Source: an uncultured Lachnospiraceae bacterium (lineage in GTDB: Bacteria > Bacillota > Clostridia > Lachnospirales > Lachnospiraceae). From it: DNA of 43,502 nt. The notes beneath the pieces are model-generated. The model was not told the DNA's origin, did not search any database, and saw only the letters and a list, made by a program, of their open reading frames with translations. Positions 1-7,929 of the stretch are shown here, one piece after another (position 1 is the first letter of the stretch; every line of letters begins with the position of its first letter). The DNA is taken from the NCBI GenBank assembly GCA_947591115.1, contig CANQCX010000001.1:1-43502 (forward strand), in the 5' to 3' direction. The position numbers were made by a program, and so were the translations under genes.

Positions 1-1
1 G

Positions 2-898
2 ATTTTTCTGACAGTATTCACAGGATATGTATTGCTTGATACATTTGTCATTACCAAGGTTTACCAAACAGTCCCACATGAAACGGGAGGCACAAATGTG
101 GTCGAACAAGACGATAAAGGCACAGGTGCTCATGAATCTGTATCTGAACAGCAGAATTCCAAGTCAAACATCACTGAAGACAGCTATACGGATGACAATA
201 TTTCCATTTCTATCTCCGAATATGTAACAAACCATACGACGGTCTATGTGGCAGATGTCCGGCTTTCCTCCGCAGAATATCTGAAAACCGCCTTTGCCAA
301 TGCTTCTTATGGAAAAAATGTTACAGCAAAGACATCTGAGATTGCCGCAGAAAACCATGCGATCCTCGCCATAAACGGCGATTATTACGGCGCACAGGAA
401 AAAGGATATGTGCTGCGAAATGGTGTTATATATCGGGATTCCGCATTGAAAAATCAGGAGGATCTCGTCATATATAATGACGGATCTTTTGAAATATTTG
501 AGGAACAGAGCGTTTCGGCGGATACGCTTCTGTCAAACGGCGCGGTTCAGATTCTCTCGTTTGGTCCGGCGTTGGTCAATGACGGTCAGATTGCAGTCAC
601 AGAAAATGACGAAGTGGGCAAAGCTAAGGCAAGTAATCCCCGTACAGCTATCGGAATCATTGATGATCTCCATTATGTCTTTGTCGTTTCCGATGGAAGA
701 ACCGAGGAAAGCGAAGGGTTGTCGCTCTATGAACTCGCTGAATTCATGCAAAGTCTCGGTGTTCAAATTGCCTATAATCTTGACGGCGGCGGCTCGTCCA
801 CCATGTATTTTAATGGAGAAATCGTCAACAATCCCACAACGAACGGGAGAAGCATTAAGGAAAGGAGCGTGAGCGATATTGTATATATCGGGTACTGA
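2..898 (+). CDS. Phosphodiester glycosidase (NAGPA/DUF2233-like) family protein, 5'-truncated by the window edge
   Basis: Frame is open from position 2 (IFLTVFTGYVLLD..., hydrophobic). Family motifs AINGDYY, NPRTAIG, DGR and AYNLDGGGS are present. Confidence 0.8.
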   Translation: MFLTVFTGYVLLDTFVITKVYQTVPHETGGTNVVEQDDKGTGAHESVSEQQNSKSNITEDSYTDDNISISISEYVTNHTTVYVADVRLSSAEYLKTAFANASYGKNVTAKTSEIAAENHAILAINGDYYGAQEKGYVLRNGVIYRDSALKNQEDLVIYNDGSFEIFEEQSVSADTLLSNGAVQILSFGPALVNDGQIAVTENDEVGKAKASNPRTAIGIIDDLHYVFVVSDGRTEESEGLSLYELAEFMQSLGVQIAYNLDGGGSSTMYFNGEIVNNPTTNGRSIKERSVSDIVYIGY

Positions 899-1286
899 GG
901 GAAAGGGTTCAGAAGCTGCAAAGACGGCCCTTGTTTATTTGATACTCTCCGTTTTTTGCGCTTTGTTCGGAGCAGTATATGAATTGTTCAGCCACGAGGT
1001 CTATTCCTTTTACATGATCTATGCGTTTGGTTTTCCACTGGTCGGGGGCGCATTGCCCTATGGAATTCTGTCCGCGTTTCATTTAAGAAATTCCTCAGCG
1101 CTTGCAAGGAATTTATATCATTCCGGAATCGCTGCACTTACGGTAGGAAGCATTGTCCGGGGCATTCTTGACATATATGGGACAACAAACAGTCTGTCCA
1201 AATATTATTGGTATGTCGGCGTTTTTGCTGTCGCTGCGGGAGTTGTGATCGGCAGTATCCGTTCGTTTTTCCTGAGAAAAACATAA
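879..1286 (+). CDS. Small integral membrane hypothetical protein (about 4 TM helices)
   Basis: 135-aa ORF with four hydrophobic stretches, overlapping the upstream stop. Start codon uncertain. Confidence 0.65.
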   Translation: MYISGTEGKGSEAAKTALVYLILSVFCALFGAVYELFSHEVYSFYMIYAFGFPLVGGALPYGILSAFHLRNSSALARNLYHSGIAALTVGSIVRGILDIYGTTNSLSKYYWYVGVFAVAAGVVIGSIRSFFLRKT

Positions 1287-1301
1287 GCTTCTGCATCATT
1301 C

Positions 1302-1333
1302 AAAACCCCGAACAAGCTGTTTCGGGGTTTTTT
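1302..1333 (+). terminator. Rho-independent terminator
   Basis: AAAACCCCGAA-caagctgt-TTCGGGGTTTT followed by a T tract. Confidence 0.8.
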
Positions 1334-1437
1334 ATGTGAGTATGGCGGCGCGCGTTTTCAACGGGCAAAAGTCCTGAGTGCTCTTGTTTTTCTGCATATA
1401 AACTGGTATCATAATATGCAGAAACGGAGGACGAAGT

Positions 1438-2484
1438 ATGAGAAAGTTTGATTACTCTTTTTTGAATAATGGAATGCTTCCGGCTGGGTTTGTGAATCTG
1501 ACTGCGAATATTTCGGCGCTCAAAACCATGGCGGGTGTTCGAAAAGAGGAATACGCACAGATTTTTACGGAGCTGGAGGCGGTCGCCAAGGTGCAATCCA
1601 TCAAAAGTTCCAACGCCATTGAGGGAATCGTTACCAGCGACGAGCGTATTGCCGCCATTGTCAATCAGAACAGCGCACCTCTAAACCACAACGAGGCAGA
1701 GATTGCCGGATATAGGGACGCGTTGAATGAGATTCACATGGGTTTTGATCATATCGGCTTTACACAGCGGGATATTCTTCGTCTGCATGAGATGATGATG
1801 TCCGTTGCCGGTTATGAATACGGCGGGCAGTACAAGACGGACGACAACGTGATCTTGGAAGTGGACGCAGACGGCAATCGACGTGTGCGGTTCCGCCCGA
1901 CCTCCGCCGCAGAAACCCCGAAAGCGATGGAACAGTTGGAACTGGCCTATCTTGCAGCGCGGGACGACGCGAATATCAATCAGCTTCTGCTGATCCCCTG
2001 CGTGATTCTGGATTTCCTCTGCATCCATCCGTTTCGGGACGGCAACGGCAGAATGTCTCGGCTGCTCTCGCTGCTGCTTCTTTATAAAAACGGGTATGAC
2101 GCCGGAAAATATGTGTCCTTTGAGGAACAGATCAACAACTATAAAACCTATTACTATGAGGCCCTGCGGCAGTCCTCCGTCGGGTGGGACACGAATGAAA
2201 ACAGCTATTTCCCATTTATAGAAAATTTCCTTTCCATGCTCTATATGTGTTATAAGGAGTTGGATAAACGGTTTGCTGTAGTCAACGGAAAGAAGATCAC
2301 GAAAAAAGCTCGTGTGGAAGCTACAGTACTGAATAGCCTGACGCCTCTTTCCAAAGCGGAGATATGCAGGATTCTTCCGGATGTCAGTCCGACTACGGTG
2401 GAGGCTGTGCTGGGCGCAATGGTCAAAAGCGGTTCTGTTCAGCGCATTGGCAGCGGAAGAGCTACAAAATATATAAAAAAGTAA
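1438..2484 (+). CDS. Fic-domain protein (class II type, N-terminal inhibitory motif) with C-terminal HTH
   Basis: Catalytic motif HPFRDGNGRMSR, N-terminal SSNAIEG inhibitory-helix motif, HTH-like C-terminus, GGAGG RBS. Confidence 0.88.
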   Translation: MRKFDYSFLNNGMLPAGFVNLTANISALKTMAGVRKEEYAQIFTELEAVAKVQSIKSSNAIEGIVTSDERIAAIVNQNSAPLNHNEAEIAGYRDALNEIHMGFDHIGFTQRDILRLHEMMMSVAGYEYGGQYKTDDNVILEVDADGNRRVRFRPTSAAETPKAMEQLELAYLAARDDANINQLLLIPCVILDFLCIHPFRDGNGRMSRLLSLLLLYKNGYDAGKYVSFEEQINNYKTYYYEALRQSSVGWDTNENSYFPFIENFLSMLYMCYKELDKRFAVVNGKKITKKARVEATVLNSLTPLSKAEICRILPDVSPTTVEAVLGAMVKSGSVQRIGSGRATKYIKK

Positions 2485-2511
2485 TGATACAAACAAATGT
2501 TCTAAATATGC

Positions 2512-2540
2512 TTGCAATTATTCAGATAAATGAATATAAT
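2512..2540 (+). promoter_or_regulatory. SigA promoter with an inverted-repeat operator between -35 and -10
   Basis: TTGCAA(2512)-17 bp-TATAAT(2535), with TATTCA-gataaa-TGAATA at 2519-2536. Confidence 0.65.
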
Positions 2541-2566
2541 AGAGAATGAAGATAAGGAGGCGCGGT

Positions 2567-2737
2567 ATGGAGTATTTGACAACATTAGAGATGTCGGAAA
2601 AGTGGGGCATATCAGCAAGAAGAATAGCGTTATTGTGTGAACAGGGACGTATCGCGGGCGTTGTTAAAAAAGGGAAAACATGGTTGATACCGGAACAGGC
2701 AGAGAAACCAGCAGACAAGAGAAAAAATAGTATATAG
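2567..2737 (+). CDS. Small helix-turn-helix DNA-binding protein (excisionase/MerR-like HTH)
   Basis: AGGAGG RBS at 2555 and ATG at 2567. Sequence MEYLTTLEMSEKWGISARRIALLCEQGRIAG..K.GKTWLIP. Confidence 0.8.
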   Translation: MEYLTTLEMSEKWGISARRIALLCEQGRIAGVVKKGKTWLIPEQAEKPADKRKNSI

Positions 2738-2756
2738 CATATTAGGGGGGATTGTT

Positions 2757-3908
2757 TTGAGCAATACCAAGAAAAGACGAGACATAGAAATTTATGAGAA
2801 TTATTGGAAGTTTACGGCAGCCCATCTTGATATTACAGGAACAAAGTTTAATAACTGCTTAAACGTTATTGTTTTGTTTATAGATAAACACAAGAAGTCA
2901 TTAGAAGAGAATGCGAAGAGCGGCAGTGATTTTTCGGATTCAGAATTATATAAAACCCTTCAACAGCAAATTGTGCGCATATCGGGATTTAAAGGCAAGG
3001 ACGCAGCATTATCTGCCAGAAAAGCGATTAATCAATTTGTGAAAATAGGATTTGTGTATCCGTTATTGGTAGGGTATCATCCGTTAGTAAAGTCATTTAT
3101 TCTTGAAACAAATAAAGAAAAGAAAGCGATCATTTTTTCGAAGATTTTTTATGAAAGCTCCTCTTTAGCATCGGATGTTACTTTAGATAATAGAAATTTG
3201 AAGCATGTCAATTTTTTGTTGAAGACGTTGGATAAAAACGGTTCTCTGAACAAAAATGACATCATGGCGCTGATGGTCACAGATATTTCGAATTATAGTG
3301 CAGGATATCTTACAAGAGAGCAGTTGGATATGCAGTATCAATATGCTAAAGTAAGTGAATTTGATGAAAGAAAATATAATCAGATCGCCCATCTGATTGG
3401 ATATTTAAAACGATTTGTAGATCTTAAATATGATAAAAATGAGGAGAGATTTTGGTTTGCAAATGATCCTCAGATAGCGGATAAAGATTTTGATGAATCG
3501 TATGCAAGAGACGGGGTAAAACATAGGATTTATAAGGAGGAATTAAAGGAAGAATCGAAAGCAATTTATGGAGAAGCAGTCTGCTATTTAGATAAAAAGC
3601 CATATAAATCTTTAATCGCATCGCATATAAAACCGTTTGTTGATTGTCTGAAAGAGCATCGGGAAGATGAGGCGTATGATGTAAATAATGGTTTGCTGTT
3701 AAGTCCGACGGTAGATTCATATTTTGATAAAAAAGACATTTCTTTTACGGACGATGGTCATGTTTTAGTTGGAGTTGACGTTGCAGATTCCATCAGGGCG
3801 GATTTTGAAAAATATCAGTTGGACGACAGTGTGCTAAATGAGCGAAGAAAAGGTTATTTAGCGTATCATAGACGCTTATTTGAACAGAAAAATGGAGGTA
3901 AGCAGTAA
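2757..3908 (+). CDS. HNH endonuclease, probable type IIS restriction enzyme (HphI-like)
   Basis: C-terminal HNH_2-type motif LIASHIKPF...YDVNNGLLLSPTVDSYFDK..ISF. Directly upstream of two MTases. TTG start. Confidence 0.8.
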   Translation: MSNTKKRRDIEIYENYWKFTAAHLDITGTKFNNCLNVIVLFIDKHKKSLEENAKSGSDFSDSELYKTLQQQIVRISGFKGKDAALSARKAINQFVKIGFVYPLLVGYHPLVKSFILETNKEKKAIIFSKIFYESSSLASDVTLDNRNLKHVNFLLKTLDKNGSLNKNDIMALMVTDISNYSAGYLTREQLDMQYQYAKVSEFDERKYNQIAHLIGYLKRFVDLKYDKNEERFWFANDPQIADKDFDESYARDGVKHRIYKEELKEESKAIYGEAVCYLDKKPYKSLIASHIKPFVDCLKEHREDEAYDVNNGLLLSPTVDSYFDKKDISFTDDGHVLVGVDVADSIRADFEKYQLDDSVLNERRKGYLAYHRRLFEQKNGGKQ

Positions 3909-4954
3909 TGGCTTTTAAATATATAGATTTATTTTGTGGAGCCGGAGGCCTTTCGTTAGGCTTTGAGCAGGCAGGTTTTAAAAATGTTTTTGCCGTTGAG
4001 TTAAATCCTGAATTTGCAAAAACATATCATAGAAATTTTCCGAAGCATAAATTAATCGTTGACGATATAAGGAATATTGATAACGATAAAATCAAGAAGC
4101 TTATTGGACAGGATGAGGTTGACGTAATTATTGGCGGACCGCCATGTCAGGGATTTTCTATAGCCGGAAATATTGGGAGAACTTTTATTGATGATGAGAG
4201 AAATAGATTATTTAAGGAATTTGTTAGATTTGTAGCTTGTGTGCAGCCAAAAATGTTTATAATGGAAAACGTGGCGGCGATGGCAACGCATTTAAAAGGG
4301 AAAACCATAAAAACAATAGTTGAATCATTTGAAACTGCCGGTTGTGGGTATAAGGTCAAATATGAGGTGCTTAATAGTGTAAATTATGGAGTGGCACAGG
4401 AAAGACGAAGAATCGTTATTGCGGGAATCAGAAGTGATATGGATTCCGATTATTTTTATCCTGAAAAATCAGAAAAAATTTATACAATTAAAGATGCAAT
4501 TGATGACTTGCCAAAGCTAAAGAGCGGAGAAACCAGTGATATACCAAATCATGCGGCAATGAAACACAGCGCGCAGATGCTGGAAAAAATGGGATATGTT
4601 AAAGATGGCGGAGATCGCATGGATATTCCGGAAGAACTGCGTCCAAAATCAGGAGATATAAGAAAATATATTAGATATGATAGTACAAAGCCATCGGTTT
4701 GCGTTACCGGAGATATGAGAAAAATTTTCCATTATGAACAGAATAGGGCGCTTACAGCAAGGGAACTTGCCAGAATACAGTCTTTTCCGGATGATTTTAT
4801 TTTTGAAGGTACATCAATTCAAATTCAGCAACAGATAGGCAATGCGGTACCGCCCAAATTGGCCTATCAGATTGCTTTGCAAGTAGAGGAGGCTCTGGAT
4901 CATGGCAAAGTATCCAAAGGTAAATTACATAGGAAACAAAGAGAAGTTAGTTGA
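3908..4954 (+). CDS. DNA (cytosine-5)-methyltransferase
   Basis: Motif I DLFCGAGG, IV GGPPCQGFS, VI MENV, VIII QERRR, IX ELARIQSFPD, X QIGNAVPP. Confidence 0.96.
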   Translation: MAFKYIDLFCGAGGLSLGFEQAGFKNVFAVELNPEFAKTYHRNFPKHKLIVDDIRNIDNDKIKKLIGQDEVDVIIGGPPCQGFSIAGNIGRTFIDDERNRLFKEFVRFVACVQPKMFIMENVAAMATHLKGKTIKTIVESFETAGCGYKVKYEVLNSVNYGVAQERRRIVIAGIRSDMDSDYFYPEKSEKIYTIKDAIDDLPKLKSGETSDIPNHAAMKHSAQMLEKMGYVKDGGDRMDIPEELRPKSGDIRKYIRYDSTKPSVCVTGDMRKIFHYEQNRALTARELARIQSFPDDFIFEGTSIQIQQQIGNAVPPKLAYQIALQVEEALDHGKVSKGKLHRKQREVS

Positions 4955-5942
4955 TTGGATCATCAATGAGATGCCGGTTAAGGCTGGAACGGTGTTAGAT
5001 ATTTTTGCAGGTGGATGTTCCGTATCATATGCGCTGAAAAATAACGGATATTCCGTTATTGCGAATGACATATTGTATGCTGATTATGTTATAGAGAAAG
5101 CCTTGATAGAGAATTCAGATACAAGGCTTCCGATAAGTGTATTTGATAAGAGGGTAAGTGAAAAAAGAGTAGAAGAGCTGGCGCAGAAGTTTTCGTTTCT
5201 TGCAGGTTGTCTATATTATCCGGAAGAAGTGCAGGAATTAAGTAAATTAGTTGCAATTGCAGAAAAATTAAAGGGTTTCGAGAAGTATATGATGCTTGCG
5301 CTGATTCGCAGGGCAATGATAAGAAAACTTCCGTATTCGAGAATGAATGTACCCTGGAATCAGATTCAGAAATTACGTGATGAAGACTACAGCTATATGA
5401 AGTATAAGCGAAAAAGAGCCTATCATAATCAATCCTTTGAAGAACATATACGAGAAAATATTGATGAATACAATGATGCGATTTTTGCCAAAGAAGAATG
5501 TAAGGCATACAACTGTGACGCCTTTGATATGGTTAAGAAAATAGATTTTGTAGATGTTGTTTACATGGATCCGCCGTATCCGTCAACTATGAACAATTAT
5601 GATATGTTTTATGGTTTGTTTGACGAAATGTTTGACAAGAAAAAGAAGCATATTGATTATACAAAGAAGGCAAGCTTTCTCCATAATATGGACAAGTTGA
5701 TCAAAAAGCTTGTAGGAAAAACACGATACATAGTGCTAAGTCAAAATACACGAGTTCAGCCGGAACCAAGCGCGATTGAAGCAATGCTCAAGAAGTACGG
5801 AAAAGTTACCATTAAGGAGAAGAAGCATAATTATCAAGTAACAGGTAAAGAAAACAAGAATGCAAGCAAGGAGTTATTATTTATCCTTGAGATGGAGACA
5901 GGAGATACGGAGAGCAGAACGGAGGGATATTTTGTCAATTGA
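4902..5942 (+). CDS. DNA adenine-N6 methyltransferase (D12/alpha class)
   Basis: N-terminal NYIGNK, motif I DIFAGGCSVS, catalytic YMDPPY, GAGGAGG RBS. Confidence 0.93.
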   Translation: MAKYPKVNYIGNKEKLVDWIINEMPVKAGTVLDIFAGGCSVSYALKNNGYSVIANDILYADYVIEKALIENSDTRLPISVFDKRVSEKRVEELAQKFSFLAGCLYYPEEVQELSKLVAIAEKLKGFEKYMMLALIRRAMIRKLPYSRMNVPWNQIQKLRDEDYSYMKYKRKRAYHNQSFEEHIRENIDEYNDAIFAKEECKAYNCDAFDMVKKIDFVDVVYMDPPYPSTMNNYDMFYGLFDEMFDKKKKHIDYTKKASFLHNMDKLIKKLVGKTRYIVLSQNTRVQPEPSAIEAMLKKYGKVTIKEKKHNYQVTGKENKNASKELLFILEMETGDTESRTEGYFVN

Positions 5943-7641
5943 AAAAACAAAAAATGAAGACAGGATACTTACCCTTTATGGCTTGATTGAACATTGGGAA
6001 GATGAAGTGATAGAATTTAAAGAAGCCGGAAGGGATTATGACAGGGATAAGATTGGACGATATTTTTCTGCTCTAAGCAATGAGGCTAATTTGCGAGGAT
6101 TACAGCATGGCTGGCTTGTGTTTGGCGTAAGCAATAAAGAAAGAAAAATTGTCGGAACCGAATACAGAAATAGTACAGGCTTGGACACATTAAAACATGA
6201 AATTGGTTCCGGTACAACGGGAGGAATGTCTTTTATTGACATTTATGAGGTGTTTCCAACTGTTGACGGAGAAGAAAAACGAGTGATCATGTTTCAGATA
6301 CCGGCTGCCATTACTGCTGTTCCAACCGGCTGGCATAATCAGGAATATGGACGTGATGGAGAATCCCTTGTCCCATTATCTGAAGAAAAACGGGAGAGAA
6401 TTCGCCGTCAGGTAAAATTGGACTGGTCAAAAAGATTTGTAGAAAATGCAACAATAGAACATTTGGATAAAGAAGCCATATCCATCGCAAAAGCGAAGTA
6501 TAAAGAAAAAATGAATGATATGTATATATCTGGCGAAGTGGATGAAATGTCCGACGAAGAGTTTCTTGAAAGAAGAAAGCTGGTTATAAATGGTAAAGTG
6601 ACAAATGCAGCAATGCTTCTTTTAGGAGATGCGGCATATGATTTTTTGTTTGAAAGCGTACCGGAAGCATCATGGAGAATTTTTGATTCAAAAGAGATGG
6701 TAAAAGATTATGAAATTTATAAAATACCTTTTATTACGCTGAGCGATAGGATTTTGAAAAACATACGTAATCTCACTTATAGGTATATGCCGAATCAATT
6801 GACATTGTTCCCTATGGAAACAAAACAATATGACACATGGGTATTGAGAGAATTACTGAATAACTGTATTGCTCATTCTGATTATAGTCTGGGCGGAAGG
6901 ATTTATATTAATGAATTTGAAGATAAACTGGTTTTGACAAACCCGGGCAGTTTTATTCCGGGTAGTATAGAGCCTATACTGAAACCCGGCTATACTTCGC
7001 CGTTTTATCGTAATCAGTTATTGGCAGAAGCTATGGTTATGTTTAAGATGATAGATACGGAAACGACAGGGATTCGTCGGGTGTTTCATATTCAGTGGGA
7101 GAAATTTTTTCCATTGCCGGATTATAATATTTCTTCAAAAGACAGGGTAGAAGTGTTGGTTTATGGAAAAGAAATTAATGAACAGTTTACCTATTTGCTT
7201 CATGATAATGAAAATCTTGATCTGGCAACGGTTTTTCTGTTGGATCAAGTTCAAAAAGGAAATCCTATTTCTAAAGATGCGGCAGCGCATTTAAGAAAAT
7301 ATAAATTAGTGGAGGGAAGGATAAATAATTTGTATTTGGCATCTCCGCTTGCCAAAACGAAAGAGGATAAAGCACAGTATATTAAGAATAAGGCATTTGA
7401 TGATAAATACTATCAGGATATGATTATAAATTATCTTAGGAAATTTGGTAAGGCAAACAGGGCGGCAATACGTGATCTGTTAATAGATAAGTTCCCAGAT
7501 ACTCTTTCGTCCAGCCAGAAAGAACGGAAAGTGCTAACCTTGCTTACAGCTTTAAAGCGGAAAGGCATGATTACAACCGATTCAGAAAATAGAAAAAGAT
7601 CAAACTGGGTTCTAGTTCAAGACAATGAAAAGTTGGTTTGA
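5932..7641 (+). CDS. Schlafen/AlbA_2 domain protein with HATPase_c_4 (RecG-C-like) domain and C-terminal wHTH
   Basis: GGAGG at 5921 with in-frame TTG at 5932. Schlafen motifs EDEVIEFKEA, FSALSN, GWLVFGV. ATPase-like motifs RELLNNCIAHSDY, NPGSF, RNQLLAE. Confidence 0.85.
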   Translation: MSIEKTKNEDRILTLYGLIEHWEDEVIEFKEAGRDYDRDKIGRYFSALSNEANLRGLQHGWLVFGVSNKERKIVGTEYRNSTGLDTLKHEIGSGTTGGMSFIDIYEVFPTVDGEEKRVIMFQIPAAITAVPTGWHNQEYGRDGESLVPLSEEKRERIRRQVKLDWSKRFVENATIEHLDKEAISIAKAKYKEKMNDMYISGEVDEMSDEEFLERRKLVINGKVTNAAMLLLGDAAYDFLFESVPEASWRIFDSKEMVKDYEIYKIPFITLSDRILKNIRNLTYRYMPNQLTLFPMETKQYDTWVLRELLNNCIAHSDYSLGGRIYINEFEDKLVLTNPGSFIPGSIEPILKPGYTSPFYRNQLLAEAMVMFKMIDTETTGIRRVFHIQWEKFFPLPDYNISSKDRVEVLVYGKEINEQFTYLLHDNENLDLATVFLLDQVQKGNPISKDAAAHLRKYKLVEGRINNLYLASPLAKTKEDKAQYIKNKAFDDKYYQDMIINYLRKFGKANRAAIRDLLIDKFPDTLSSSQKERKVLTLLTALKRKGMITTDSENRKRSNWVLVQDNEKLV

Positions 7642-7736
7642 AGTTGGTTTGAAATTGGTTTGATGATTGGTTTGATAATGACAAAGTAAATGGCGAAGAA
7701 ACGCTTTATTTAAGCCGTTTTCTGAAATCAAACCAA
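7633..7736. repeat. Four tandem TTGGTTTGA copies plus one inverted copy
   Basis: TTGGTTTGA at 7633, 7644, 7655 and 7667 (periods 11, 11, 12). TCAAACCAA at 7728-7736. Confidence 0.9.
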
Positions 7737-7877
7737 TTTATAAAATAAAATTTGTTTGAAATGGCCAAACCGTTTTTAACATGTGAAAGCATAAATAATA
7801 TCAATAAAATTGATTAAATATAATCATTGCAAAAACCGCATGATTAGTTAAAATAATATCAATGTTTTTGATGAAAA

Positions 7878-7906
7878 TTGTCATGTCCCTTGCGGGCGTG
7901 TACAAT
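7878..7906 (+). promoter_or_regulatory. SigA promoter of leuA
   Basis: TTGTCA(7878)-17 bp-TACAAT(7901), with extended TG. Confidence 0.6.
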
Positions 7907-7929
7907 CGAAAAAGGAAAGAAGGACAAAA

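Noticed and set aside
2567-2737. Excisionase of a prophage or ICE
   Set aside because: No integrase, conjugation or phage genes are present in the window. The context favours a regulator.
2757-5942. MnlI-like (CCTC) or Hin4II-like (CCTTC) specificity for the RM system
   Set aside because: The architecture is the same, but CCTC/GAGG and CCTTC/GAAGG are common in the window while GGTGA is depleted. Disfavoured, not excluded.
7633-7675. CRISPR array
   Set aside because: Repeats are 9 bp with 2-3 bp gaps. There are no spacers and no cas genes.
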